A DNA stretch of 64,000 bases from an uncultured Chloroflexia bacterium (GTDB lineage: Bacteria; Chloroflexota; Limnocylindria; Limnocylindrales; CSP1-4): positions 780 to 64,779 of the forward strand of contig CAWBMK010000007.1 of the NCBI GenBank assembly GCA_963789905.1, read 5' to 3'. Under the pieces are notes generated by a model, which did no database searches, was not told where the DNA came from, and was given only the letters and a program-made list of their open reading frames with translations. A program made the translations under genes and the position numbers. This document shows positions 49,938 to 59,971 of the stretch, one piece after another (the first letter of the stretch is position 1; every line of letters starts with the position of its first letter).

Positions 49938-51155
49938 TCAGGACTGGTAGGCGACCTCGCCGTGGACGGCGAGGTCGAGCCCGACCTCCTCTTCGGTCCG
50001 TGGGACGCGGATCCCAAGCACGAGGTCGACGACCTTGACGATCACGAAGGTGGCGACGACCGCATACGCCACCGTGGCCCCGACCGCCAGGAGCTGGGTG
50101 ACCACCTGCTCCGGGTTGCCGTCGATGAGGCCCGGGTAGGCATTGATGGCCGTCGTTGCGAAGATGCCGGTCGCGATCGCGCCCCACATCCCGCCGACCC
50201 CGTGGACCGCAAAGACGTCGAGCGCGTCGTCGATCTTCACCCGGGAGCGCAGCAGGGTCGCCGAGTAGCACAGCCCGCCGACGGCGAGGCCGATGATGAG
50301 CGCGCCGCCGGCGGTCACGTACCCCGAGGCGGGAGTGATGGCAACGAGCCCGGCGACCGCTCCGCATGCCGCGCCGACGACGCTGACCTTGCGCTTGTGG
50401 ATGTAGCTCGCCAGGACCCACGTGACGGTGGCCGCGGCGGCCGCCGTATTGGTGACCAGCAGGGCGTTGGCCGCAATGCCGTTCGCAGCGGCGGCCGAGC
50501 CGGCATTGAAACCGAACCAGCCGAACCACAGGAGGCCCGCCCCGAGAACGGTCATCGGGATGTCGTGAGGCTCCATCGGGTCTCCGCTGGCGAACCGCCG
50601 TCCGATGAGCAGGGCCACGACGAGGGCCGACACGCCCGACGAGGCATGGACGACCGTGCCGCCCGCGAAGTCCAGCGCGCCGCGCCCGAACAACCAGCCG
50701 TCGGCTGCCCAGACCCAGTGGGCGATCGGCGAGTAGACGAGGATCGACCACAGGATCGTGAACAGGACGAAGGCGCCGAACCGCTTGCGCTCGGCGAATG
50801 CACCGGTGATGAGAGCCGGCGTGATCGCCGCGAACATGAGCTGGAAGGCGGCGAACAGGACGAACGGGATCGTCGTCGCGTAGACGGTGCTCGGCTCGAG
50901 ACCGACGTTCATGAAGCCGACGAAGTCGAGGCCGCCGATGAGACCCATGCCGTTGACGTCCGGCGCGAAGGCGAGTGAGAAGCCGACGAGGACCCAGACG
51001 ATGCTCACCAGAGCCAGGCCGAAGAAGCTGTGCATGATCGTGGACAGAACGTTCTTCCGGCGGACGAGCCCGCCGTAGAAGAGCGCCAGTCCCGGAAGCA
51101 TGACCATGACGAGCGCGGTCGCCACGAGCAGCCAGGCGGTGTCGCCGGAGTCCAT
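49938..51155 (-). CDS. amtB: Ammonium transporter Amt
   Basis: MDSGDTAWLL, GLALFYGG, DFAGGTVVH, WFGWFGFNAGS, DDALDVFAVHG. Confidence 0.97.
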   Translation of the reverse strand: MDSGDTAWLLVATALVMVMLPGLALFYGGLVRRKNVLSTIMHSFFGLALVSIVWVLVGFSLAFAPDVNGMGLIGGLDFVGFMNVGLEPSTVYATTIPFVLFAAFQLMFAAITPALITGAFAERKRFGAFVLFTILWSILVYSPIAHWVWAADGWLFGRGALDFAGGTVVHASSGVSALVVALLIGRRFASGDPMEPHDIPMTVLGAGLLWFGWFGFNAGSAAAANGIAANALLVTNTAAAAATVTWVLASYIHKRKVSVVGAACGAVAGLVAITPASGYVTAGGALIIGLAVGGLCYSATLLRSRVKIDDALDVFAVHGVGGMWGAIATGIFATTAINAYPGLIDGNPEQVVTQLLAVGATVAYAVVATFVIVKVVDLVLGIRVPRTEEEVGLDLAVHGEVAYQS

Positions 51156-51328
51156 CGATCGCTCCCTCCGTACGGCGCGACGTCCCGTCCGACGGACGGC
51201 TCGGATCTCGCCGTTTCGAGGTTAGGGCGCCCGCCGCTGCGGTCGGAGGTGCGGTCCGAGGCCGAAAGGGATGCGGTTCGGTTGCGGCGATGCGCCTCGG
51301 GAGACCCGAGGATCGGGCCAGCGCTGAC

Positions 51329-52261
51329 TCAGAAACCGACCCGGTGTTGGCCTTTCAGAGCAAGCCGAGCTCGCGTCTCAGTGGGCGTCGCGACCTCGAG
51401 AGACAGCTCGCCCAGGATCCTGCGAATGCGCGCCACCTGGTCGGCGTTGGAGCGGGCGAGCTCGCCGCGACCGAGCCAGATGCTGTCCTCGAGCCCGACC
51501 CGGACGTTCCCGCCCATGGCCGCGGCGACGGTGATGAACGGCATCTGGTGGCGTCCCGCCGCGAGTACCGACCACTCGTAGTCGTCGCCGAAGAGCCGGT
51601 CGGCGATCCGGCGCATGTGGACGAGATTGTCGATGTCGGCTCCGATCCCGCCGAGGATGCCGAAGATCGTCTGGACGAAGAGCGGTGGCTTGACCAGCTC
51701 GCGATCGAGGAAGTGGGCGAGGGTGTAGAGATGCCCGACGTCGTAGCACTCGAACTCGAAGCGCGTGCCGTGCCCTTCGCCGAGGTCACGGAGCACCGAC
51801 TCGATGTCCTTGAAGGTGTTCTTGAAGATCAGATCGCGTGAGCCTTCGAGGTACGGCTGCTCCCATGGATGCTTCCACGAGTCGTAGCGGTCAAGCATGT
51901 GATAGAGCCCGAAGTTCATCGAGCCCATGTTGAGGGTCGCGATCTCGGGGCTTGCTCGGCGGGCACCCGCAAGCCGGTCGTCGAACGACATCGTGGCCGA
52001 CCCGCCCGTCGTGATGTTGATGACGGCATCGGTCCGCTCGTGGATGACCGGCAGGAACTGCATGAAGACCTCGGGATCGGCGGTCGGATGGCCGTCGATC
52101 GCGTCCCGTGCGTGGAGATGGAGGATCGAGGCCCCCGCCTCGGCGGCGGCGACGGCCTCGATGGCGATCTCCTCGGGCGTGATCGGGAGATACGGCGTCA
52201 TGGTCGGGGTGTGGATCGATCCGGTGATCGCGCAGGTGATGATCACGGGTCGCGACGGCAT
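51329..52261 (-). CDS. Beta-keto acid cleavage enzyme family (BKACE/Kce, DUF849)
   Basis: IITCAITG, ILHLHARD, EIATLNMGS, FEFECYDVGH, GNVRVGLED. Confidence 0.92.
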   Translation of the reverse strand: MPSRPVIITCAITGSIHTPTMTPYLPITPEEIAIEAVAAAEAGASILHLHARDAIDGHPTADPEVFMQFLPVIHERTDAVINITTGGSATMSFDDRLAGARRASPEIATLNMGSMNFGLYHMLDRYDSWKHPWEQPYLEGSRDLIFKNTFKDIESVLRDLGEGHGTRFEFECYDVGHLYTLAHFLDRELVKPPLFVQTIFGILGGIGADIDNLVHMRRIADRLFGDDYEWSVLAAGRHQMPFITVAAAMGGNVRVGLEDSIWLGRGELARSNADQVARIRRILGELSLEVATPTETRARLALKGQHRVGF

Positions 52262-52291
52262 CGTCAGCTCCTCTCCGGGTCGCTCGGGCAG

Positions 52292-53512
52292 TCAGGCGGC
52301 CGCGACGTCCGCCAGCGCGGTGCCGATCCGGTCGACCGCCGAATCGACGATCGCCGCATCGGTGATGGTCGACGTGCAGAGCATCCCGCGAGGGGCGAAG
52401 AAAGCGCCGTGATTGAGAGCGGCGAGGTGGAAGTTGGCCTGCGCGGGTGAATCGGGCAGGGTGATCCCGAGGAGCGACCCGACACGCCGGATGACGATCG
52501 GGATGCTGGCCGCATCGGCGGCTGCCTGGATGCCATCGGCCAAGCGTTCGGTCAGCCGTGCCATGACCTCGATGCGTTCGGCCGTCAGGGCGCGGACGGA
52601 GGCCAGGCCGGCCGCCGCGGTCATCGGATTCCCGTTGAACGTTCCCGAATGGGTCGCCTTGCCGGTGCGCGGATCCAGCAGGCCGAGCAGGTCGGCGCGA
52701 CCACCGACGCCACCGACAGGCAGGCCACCACCGATGATCTTGCCCATCGTCGTCAGATCGGGAACGATGCCGTGGCGCGACTGGGCGCCACCGGGGGCCA
52801 GGCGGAGGGCGATGACCTCGTCGAGGATGAAGATGGCGCCCGCCTGTCGCGCGGCCGCATGAACACCGGCCAGGAACCCTGGCGGGGCATCGACGATCCC
52901 ACCTGAGCCCAGAACCGGTTCGAGGATCACGGCTGCGATCTCGTCACCGCGTTCGGCCAGGATCGCCTCGAAGGCACCCAGGTCGCCGAACGGCGCGATG
53001 AGCGTCGTCGGTCCCTCGTGGCCGTGCGTGCCGACCTCCGTTTCCTCGGCAGATCCGTGATACCCGAACCGGGCCATGAGGATCTTGGATCGGCCGGTGG
53101 CCAGCCTCGCGATCTGGATCGCGACGAGATTCGCCTCCGTCCCTGAGTTCGTGAACCGGACGCGTTCGACGGAACCGACCCGCTCGACGAGCATCTCCGC
53201 GAGCTCGAGCTGGGGCAGGTTTCGGGCGGCGAAGGCGGAGCCGTGCGCGACCTGCCTGGAGACGGCTTCGACGATGGCTGGATAGGCGTGCCCGTGGGCG
53301 AGGCTCGTGTAGTTCATGATGAGATCGAGATAGCGGTTGCCGTCGACGTCGACGATCTCGTGGCCCTGGCCCTCCGCGATCGTGAGGGGGTATGGCTCGT
53401 GGTAGGTAGCAGAGCGGGTATCACCGCCGGGCATGACGGCCTCGGCCCGGATCGCCAGGGACGCCGACCCCGGAGTCCGAGCCCGATACGTTGCCTCGAT
53501 GCCGTCGATCAT
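52292..53512 (-). CDS. Class III aminotransferase (GSA-aminomutase-like)
   Basis: DVDGNRYLD, RFTNSGTEA, ILDEVI, GKIIGGGLP, GTFNGNP. Confidence 0.88.
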   Translation of the reverse strand: MIDGIEATYRARTPGSASLAIRAEAVMPGGDTRSATYHEPYPLTIAEGQGHEIVDVDGNRYLDLIMNYTSLAHGHAYPAIVEAVSRQVAHGSAFAARNLPQLELAEMLVERVGSVERVRFTNSGTEANLVAIQIARLATGRSKILMARFGYHGSAEETEVGTHGHEGPTTLIAPFGDLGAFEAILAERGDEIAAVILEPVLGSGGIVDAPPGFLAGVHAAARQAGAIFILDEVIALRLAPGGAQSRHGIVPDLTTMGKIIGGGLPVGGVGGRADLLGLLDPRTGKATHSGTFNGNPMTAAAGLASVRALTAERIEVMARLTERLADGIQAAADAASIPIVIRRVGSLLGITLPDSPAQANFHLAALNHGAFFAPRGMLCTSTITDAAIVDSAVDRIGTALADVAAA

Positions 53513-53556
53513 CCGATCTACTCCTCGCTAGGCCATGGGTGGGCGGGTCGATTGGC

Positions 53557-54525
53557 TCATCGCGTCGTGTCCGGGCCGCTGGCGATGATGGCATCGAGCT
53601 CTGTGCGCGTCGGCAATCCTGTCATGTCGCCGATCGTCGCGGCGACCGACGCGCCGGCAGCATTGCCCCAGGCGAGGGCCGTCGCCAGCTCATGCCCCTC
53701 GAGCCGGGCGGCGATGAAGCCGGCCACGAAGGCGTCGCCTGCCCCGACCGGATCGAGGACGAGGGGCACGACGAAACCCTCGTGCATGGCGCCGGGCTGA
53801 TCGCGCTCGCGAGCGAGGGCGCCCGCCTCGCCCAGCTTGAGGACCGCGAGCGATGGCCCGAGATCCAGGAGGCCGCGGGCCACGTCGCTCATCGAGCCGC
53901 CGGTCGCGCCGATGAGGATGACGGCCTCATCGAGGCCTGCGAACAGGACATCGCTGCGAGTGGCGATCTCCTGGAGCACGGGTCGGGCCTCCTCCTCGCT
54001 CCACAGCTTGCGCCGCATGTTGACGTCGAAGCTGATGGTCATTCCGATCCCGCGCGCACGACCGATCGCCGCGTCCACAGCCGCGCGACTTGACGGGGAC
54101 AGAGCAGGCGTGATCCCGGTGACGTGCAGCCAGCCGCCAGCGGAGAATCCAGCGGCGGTCGCCTCCACGTCGGTGGGATCGAGTCGCGATCCAGCGGACC
54201 CGGTCCGGTGGTAGGTGAGGTCGGCCGCTCCGACGAGTCGCCGCTCACGGACGAAGACTGCGGTCCGTGCATCGCCGTCGATCCGGAGGCCGCCGACGTC
54301 AACGCCCTCGCCGCGGAGACGACGCAGGATCGCCGTGCCGAATCCGTCGGCGCCGACGCGTCCGATGAACGCCGCCCGGTGGCCGAGGCGGGCAAGTCCG
54401 ACCGCGACGTTCGCTTCGGCTCCGGCCACATGGCGCTCGAAGCGGGTGGCATCGGCCAGTGGTCCGACCTCGGACGCGACCAGCCCGACCATGGCCTCAC
54501 CAAGCGTGACCACCTCGATGGACAT
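53557..54525 (-). CDS. PfkB family carbohydrate kinase (KdgK-like)
   Basis: LGEAMV, AGAEANVA, FDVNMR, DPVGAGDAF. Confidence 0.9.
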   Translation of the reverse strand: MSIEVVTLGEAMVGLVASEVGPLADATRFERHVAGAEANVAVGLARLGHRAAFIGRVGADGFGTAILRRLRGEGVDVGGLRIDGDARTAVFVRERRLVGAADLTYHRTGSAGSRLDPTDVEATAAGFSAGGWLHVTGITPALSPSSRAAVDAAIGRARGIGMTISFDVNMRRKLWSEEEARPVLQEIATRSDVLFAGLDEAVILIGATGGSMSDVARGLLDLGPSLAVLKLGEAGALARERDQPGAMHEGFVVPLVLDPVGAGDAFVAGFIAARLEGHELATALAWGNAAGASVAATIGDMTGLPTRTELDAIIASGPDTTR

Positions 54526-54550
54526 GCCACGAGGATGCCATAGTCAGGTC

Positions 54551-55676
54551 ATGGGATTCACATACGACCTTTCCGCGGTGCGCTTCCACGACGACGATCC
54601 ATCGATGTGGCGATCGCGCGAGCTCCTGCCGGTGCCAGCCGATGCGGCGCTCGTGACCCTGGGCGAGGGCGGTACACCCCTGATTTCGGCAGGGATCGAC
54701 ACGGGCTGCCCCACCTGGTGGAAGGACGAGACCAGGAATCCGTCCGGCTCCCATAAGGACCGGGCTCTGTCCGTGTCCCTGACCGTTGCCAGGGCCGCCG
54801 GCGAGCTTTCAGTCGTCGTGGCCTCGGCCGGGAGCACGGCCCTCGCTGCCGCCACCTACGCCGGCCGGGCCGGCATTGCCTGCACGGTCGTCGTCGGGTC
54901 CGACGCGTCGGATGAGCGCCTGGTGCCCCTCGCGGTCCTGGGTGCTCGGGTACTGCGCGTCGACGGCTCGGTCGATGATGCTCTCGATCTCGTGGCCGAG
55001 GCATCCAGCGAGGTTGGCCTTCGCGATGTGTCGACCCGTCGATCCGGCGATCCGTGGGGCACCGAGGGCCCCAAGACGATCGCTCACGAGATCGTCCGCG
55101 ACATCGGCGTTCCGGACTGGGTCATCGTCCCGATCGGAGGCGGCGGAACGATCGCCGCGATCTGGCGCGGGTTTCGTCGAGCTCGTCGGGATGGGCCTGG
55201 CCGAGCGTCTACCGCGGATCGTCGGCCTCCAGCCGGTCGGCTACTCGACCCTCGTCACGGCCATGGAACGAGGTTGGACGTCGGATCAGGACCTTCGCGA
55301 TAACGCGCCCACGAGCCGACCACCGACCGTCCAGCTCAAGATCGCCCACACGGTGCCACCGGACGGCGCCGAAGCGCTGGCGGCCGTCCGCGAGTCGAAC
55401 GGGCTCATCCTTGCCACGTCCGATGACGAAGCCCTGGCCGGCGTCAAGGAGCTCGGCGCCCGCGAGGGTCTGTACGTCGAGCCGTCGTCCGGGATCGTCG
55501 TGTCCGCCGTGCGTCGGCTCGTCGCCGATGGCATCGTGGCCGCCGGCGACCGAGTCGTCGCCGTCGTCTGCGGCGGGGGCCATCGCGAGAGTGCGGCCAT
55601 TGCCGCGTCGCTGGGATCGCGACCGCGTGACGTCACGAGAGAGGAGCTCGGTCGCCTCCTGCGGTCCGGTTCGTAG
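54551..55676 (+). CDS. Threonine synthase-like PLP (fold type II) enzyme, frameshift ~55170
   Basis: LGEGGTPL, KDETRNPSGSHKDR, PIGGGG, EGLYVEPSSG. Confidence 0.82.
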
Positions 55677-55858
55677 GCAATCCCTGGACGTCGACGGCCG
55701 AGCCGAAGACGCTTTGGGCCTGTTCTTCTGCAGGTGGTGACTCGAGGCAACGTTTCAAGTTGCGCTGAAATCTCGGTCCCCAAACATCAGCATCCTTCTC
55801 CGGTTAGCCGCGTGACCGGTCCACCGACAACTATGGATTCGGGAGTCACGCGACCGAG

Positions 55859-56320
55859 ATGATTGCTACCCCCAGCCACGACACCCAACCCCATGGGCGA
55901 CGGCGCCGACTGCGCGGCGGACGGGGCCAATCGCTCGTCGAGTTCGCGGTCGTGTTTCCGGTCTTCATCCTCCTGCTCGCGGGGATGGTCGACTTCGGCC
56001 TTGGCCTTTACGCGAACGTCACGATCATCAACGCCGCACGGGAAGGAGCCCGACTCGGCGTGACGCTCCAGCCGATGAACACGTCGGCGATCGATACGCG
56101 GGTCCGTTCAATGGCGACCGGCCTCGACCAGGCCCAGCTGGGCGTCACCTCGACCTGCCTTCGCCCGTCCGGCTCGACGTTCGTCGCCTGCACCTCACCG
56201 TCGTGGGTGGCCGGGGACTCCGTCAAGGTCAATGTCACTTACCACTACTCGATGGTCTGGCCCCTCGCGTTCGGCACTCAGCTCGATCTCGCGTCGGCCG
56301 TCCAGATGAGGATCGAATGA
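55859..56320 (+). CDS. TadE/TadG-like pseudopilin (copy 1)
   Basis: RGQSLVEFAVVFP prepilin motif, AAREGAR. Confidence 0.9.
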   Translation: MIATPSHDTQPHGRRRRLRGGRGQSLVEFAVVFPVFILLLAGMVDFGLGLYANVTIINAAREGARLGVTLQPMNTSAIDTRVRSMATGLDQAQLGVTSTCLRPSGSTFVACTSPSWVAGDSVKVNVTYHYSMVWPLAFGTQLDLASAVQMRIE

Positions 56321-57741
56321 ACACGCCGGTCGCGCGGCACAAGGTGGTTGAAAGGGACCAGATGATGCAGTCGCGCAGCGGCGGCGATAGCGCCCCGGAC
56401 CGCAAGGGCGAGCGAGGTCAAATCCTCGTCCTCTTCACCCTCGTGATCGTCCTGATCATGGGCCTCGTTGCCCTCGTCGTGGACGTTGGGGTTCTCAGAG
56501 GCGCAAGCCAGAACCTCTGGAACGCCCTCGATGCGGGTGCCCTCGCCGGCGCCTCGCAGTTGCCGGCCGACGGCGTTGCGGCAGACGCCATGGCCAACCA
56601 GTTCCTCCAGACGAACTATCCGAATGGTGTTCCACCCGGCAACGTCTCAACGACCTTCCGCTGTCTCATCGGGAGCAACAGCGGCTCACCGCGGCTCAGC
56701 GACGTCCCAACCGTCTGCGACCCCGGGGCGGGAGCGACATGGACGTGCAACAGCAGCATCTGCGTGGCCATGTGTGTGCCGACCTCGGGCGACACCTGCA
56801 ACACGATCGTCCTCACCGGCAACGTCACGGTGCCCTATGGTTTCGGCCCCGCCATAGGTGTCAACAACGGAGACACCGGTCCCGTGACGTCCGCAGCCTG
56901 CAAGGGACCATGCGGGGCGCCACCGGAGAACCCCGTCGACATCGCCCTCATCGTCGACCGGACGTCGAGCATGAGCGGCGTCGATACGACCAACGCCCGG
57001 AATGCCTCTCAATCTGTCCGCGGGATGCTCGATCCGGCATTCCAGTGGCTGTCCTATTCGATGCTCGGCCCGAGCAACATTGGCGCCTGCAAGACCACGC
57101 CGGCGAGCACGATCGGCACCGCCGTCGCGCCGGCTGATCTCCCGCGCTGGGTGCCGATCGGCCTGACCGGACTCCAGTGGCATGGCCAGAATCCGCACGT
57201 GACGCAGGACTTCACGAGCGGCTCGAGCGCGATGCAGAACGCGATCGCGTGCTACACGAACTCGAGCACCGGAACTGACCTCCGGGATCCGATCCCGATG
57301 GCCACGTACGAGCTCAACACCTACGGTCGGCCGGGGGTGCCGAAAGGCATCATCCTCATGACCGACGGTCAGCCGAACGCCTCGACGATCAACCCCGGTG
57401 GCAGCAACTACTGCAACCAGGCCAACAACGTGGCCACGACCGCCAAGAACGTCGACAAGATCGAGATCTTCACGGTCGCCTTCGGGCTCGATGGCTCCAA
57501 CGACATCGACTGTCCGGACACGACCGGGTTCTGGTCGACCCAGAAGGCATCGGATCTCGTCGCCAGCATGGCAACGAGTTCCGACAACGACCTCCCCTGC
57601 GGCGACCCCGAGAACAACGACGACACCGACCACTACTTCTGCGTTCCCAAGACGGCCGGCGCCTCAGCCGACCTCACGAACGCGTTCAAGAAGGCGACCG
57701 CCGCGTTGGTCGCCGGTACCAGGCTTATCCAGCTGCCCTAG
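56317..57741 (+). CDS. TadG-like protein with vWA domain (copy 1)
   Basis: RGQILVLF, DAGALAGA, DIALIVDRTSSMS MIDAS, ILMTDGQPN; Cys-rich. Confidence 0.85.
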   Translation: MNTPVARHKVVERDQMMQSRSGGDSAPDRKGERGQILVLFTLVIVLIMGLVALVVDVGVLRGASQNLWNALDAGALAGASQLPADGVAADAMANQFLQTNYPNGVPPGNVSTTFRCLIGSNSGSPRLSDVPTVCDPGAGATWTCNSSICVAMCVPTSGDTCNTIVLTGNVTVPYGFGPAIGVNNGDTGPVTSAACKGPCGAPPENPVDIALIVDRTSSMSGVDTTNARNASQSVRGMLDPAFQWLSYSMLGPSNIGACKTTPASTIGTAVAPADLPRWVPIGLTGLQWHGQNPHVTQDFTSGSSAMQNAIACYTNSSTGTDLRDPIPMATYELNTYGRPGVPKGIILMTDGQPNASTINPGGSNYCNQANNVATTAKNVDKIEIFTVAFGLDGSNDIDCPDTTGFWSTQKASDLVASMATSSDNDLPCGDPENNDDTDHYFCVPKTAGASADLTNAFKKATAALVAGTRLIQLP

Positions 57742-57755
57742 CAGCACTTCCGCGG

Positions 57756-57791
57756 TGCGAACGCCCGCCCCAACCGGGGCGGGCGTTCGCA
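57756..57791 (+). terminator. Intrinsic terminator hairpin
   Basis: TGCGAACGCCCGCCCC-AACC-GGGGCGGGCGTTCGCA, 16-bp stem. Confidence 0.75.
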
Positions 57792-58010
57792 TGTCCGCTG
57801 TGCCGGCAGGGTCGTGGCCGGACGCTCGATTCTGACGGAGGTCCTACCCTGTCGGGACCACTGGCGTGGCCGATCGAGCCCGAAGATCGCCAATACGCAA
57901 CATTGCAAGTTGTCCTGCAATGTTGGCATTAGTACTATCGTCGCCCTTCTCCGGTCAGCCGTGTGGCCGGCCTATTCGACGCTGTTGCACCCTGGAGTCA
58001 CGCGACGGAG

Positions 58011-58460
58011 ATGAGCGCTTCCTTTCCCTTTGAGATCAGACGCCGCGGGCGGCGCCGACTGCGCGGCGGACGGGGCCAATCGCTCGTCGAGTTCGCGGTC
58101 GTCTTTCCGGTCTTCATCCTCCTGCTCGCGGGGATGGTCGACTTCGGCCTTGGCCTCTACGCGAACGTCACCATCATCAACGCGGCTCGCGAAGGCGCCC
58201 GCCTCGGCGTGACCCTCCAACCCTGGGATCAGACGAAGGTCGTGCAGCGCGTCAATGACATGTCGACGGGGCTCGATCTGACAAAGCTGACAGTCACCCC
58301 GACCTGTCTGAAGCCCGGAGGCGCATCGGTCGCATGCGGCTCAGCGGTTGGGGGCGACACAGTCAAGGTGCACGTCACCTACCACTACTCGATGGTATGG
58401 CCCCTAGCGTTCGGCACCCAGCTCGATCTCGCGTCGGAAGTCCAAATGAGGATCGAATGA
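58011..58460 (+). CDS. TadE-like pseudopilin (copy 2)
   Basis: Near-identical N-terminal half to copy 1. Confidence 0.9.
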   Translation: MSASFPFEIRRRGRRRLRGGRGQSLVEFAVVFPVFILLLAGMVDFGLGLYANVTIINAAREGARLGVTLQPWDQTKVVQRVNDMSTGLDLTKLTVTPTCLKPGGASVACGSAVGGDTVKVHVTYHYSMVWPLAFGTQLDLASEVQMRIE

Positions 58461-59916
58461 ACCCGCCGGTCGCCGGCGCAAGGTGGTTGAAAGGGACCCG
58501 ACGATGCCTTCTCGAGACCGGGAGGGCGAGCGAGGTCAGATCCTCGTCCTCTTCACCCTTGTGATCGTCCTCATCATGGGCCTCGTGGCCCTCGTCGTCG
58601 ACGTTGGCGTCCTGAGAGGCGCCAGCCAGAACCTGTGGAACGCCCTCGATGCGGGCGCCCTCGCCGGGGCATCGCAGCTGCCGGCCGACGCGACGAACGC
58701 CGACACCATGGCCACCACTTCATCTCAGACGAACTACCCAGGCGGCGATCCCCCGAGCAACATCACGGTGAGCTTCCGATGCGTTATTGGCAGCGACGGC
58801 CAGGTGGTGCCCCACGAACGTCGGACATACCGTAGCGTCTGCGATCCGGGCTCTAACGTGACCTGGAGATCAGAGCGCATCTGCGTCGGCTCTATCTGCG
58901 CTGAGATATGCGTGCCTTCCGAGGGCGACATCTGCAACACGATCGTCCTGTCCGGCGGATGTTACGGTGCCCTACGGGTTCGGCCCCGCCATCGGAGTCA
59001 ACTCTGGCAACACTGGCCCCGTTACCTCTGCGGCCTGCAGGGGACCTTGCGGGTCGCCTCCGGACAGCCCGATCGATATCGTCATGGTCATCGACCGGAC
59101 GTCGAGCATGTCTGGCGCCGACACGACCAACGCGAAGAATGCCGCCCAGGCGGCGCGCCGGATCCTGGATCCCACCCAGCAATGGCTCGCACTCGCGATG
59201 CTCGGCCCGACCAACACAGCGGCCTCGGGGTGCGCACACGCAGCCCCTGCCCCCGCCGGCTCCGGGCGCGACAGCCAACATCCCGGCCGATGTCAACAAG
59301 TGGGTCCCGATCGGCCTGACGGGCTTCACCTGGAAGTTCCGGAATCCGACGGTCTCGGGCGATTACACGAAGTCGGGAGCGGCTGGGAGCGGCATGGCCG
59401 AAGCCATCTCGTGCTACCCGAACTCGAGTACGAACACCGATCTCCGCGACCCGATGCTGATGGCGACGCACGTCCTCCAAACGAGTCCGCGCTTCGCACC
59501 GGCCGTCGCCAAGGGCATCATCTTCATGACCGACGGCGAACCGAACATCTCGACGATCTCCGGCAACACGAACTACTGCGACCAGGCGGCCACGGCCGGG
59601 GATGACGCGAAGGCCGTCGGGATCGAGGTCTTCACGATCGGCTTCGGCCTCGATGATGGCTCCCTCGATTGCCCCGATCCGTCCCTGCCTTGGCGCAACC
59701 AGCCTGCTTCGCGGCTGTTGGCGGACATGGCCACCCACGTTGCGGGCGACCCAGCCCGGCTCGACGATCTGCGCCTGCGGCGACCCGGAGAACGGCGATG
59801 GCGATCACTTCTACTGCGTCCCCAAGACGTCAGGAACCTCGCCCGACCTCACGAACGCATTCAAGTCGGCCATCAACCAGCTCGTCGGAGGGACGAAGCT
59901 TATCCAGCTGCCCTAG
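58457..59916 (+). CDS. TadG-like vWA protein (copy 2), about four frameshifts
   Basis: Collinear with copy 1 across frames; DRTSSMS, FMTDGEPN, ends GTKLIQLP. Confidence 0.75.
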
Positions 59917-59932
59917 CGGCTCCTCCGCGATC

Positions 59933-59961
59933 GGACGCCCGCCCCATCGGGGCGGGCGTCC
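59933..59961. terminator. Intrinsic terminator between convergent tadG-like and arsC-fusion genes
   Basis: GGACGCCCGCCCC-ATC-GGGGCGGGCGTCC. Confidence 0.75.
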
Positions 59962-59971
59962 CCTGCTTTGT

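Noticed and set aside
45301-50751. 1816-aa ORF suggesting an extended or Amt-fused GltB
   Set aside because: The N-terminal ~295 aa are an off-frame read of amt (Arg/Gly-rich nonsense); GltB homology starts near the ACGVG motif, so amt and gltB are separate genes
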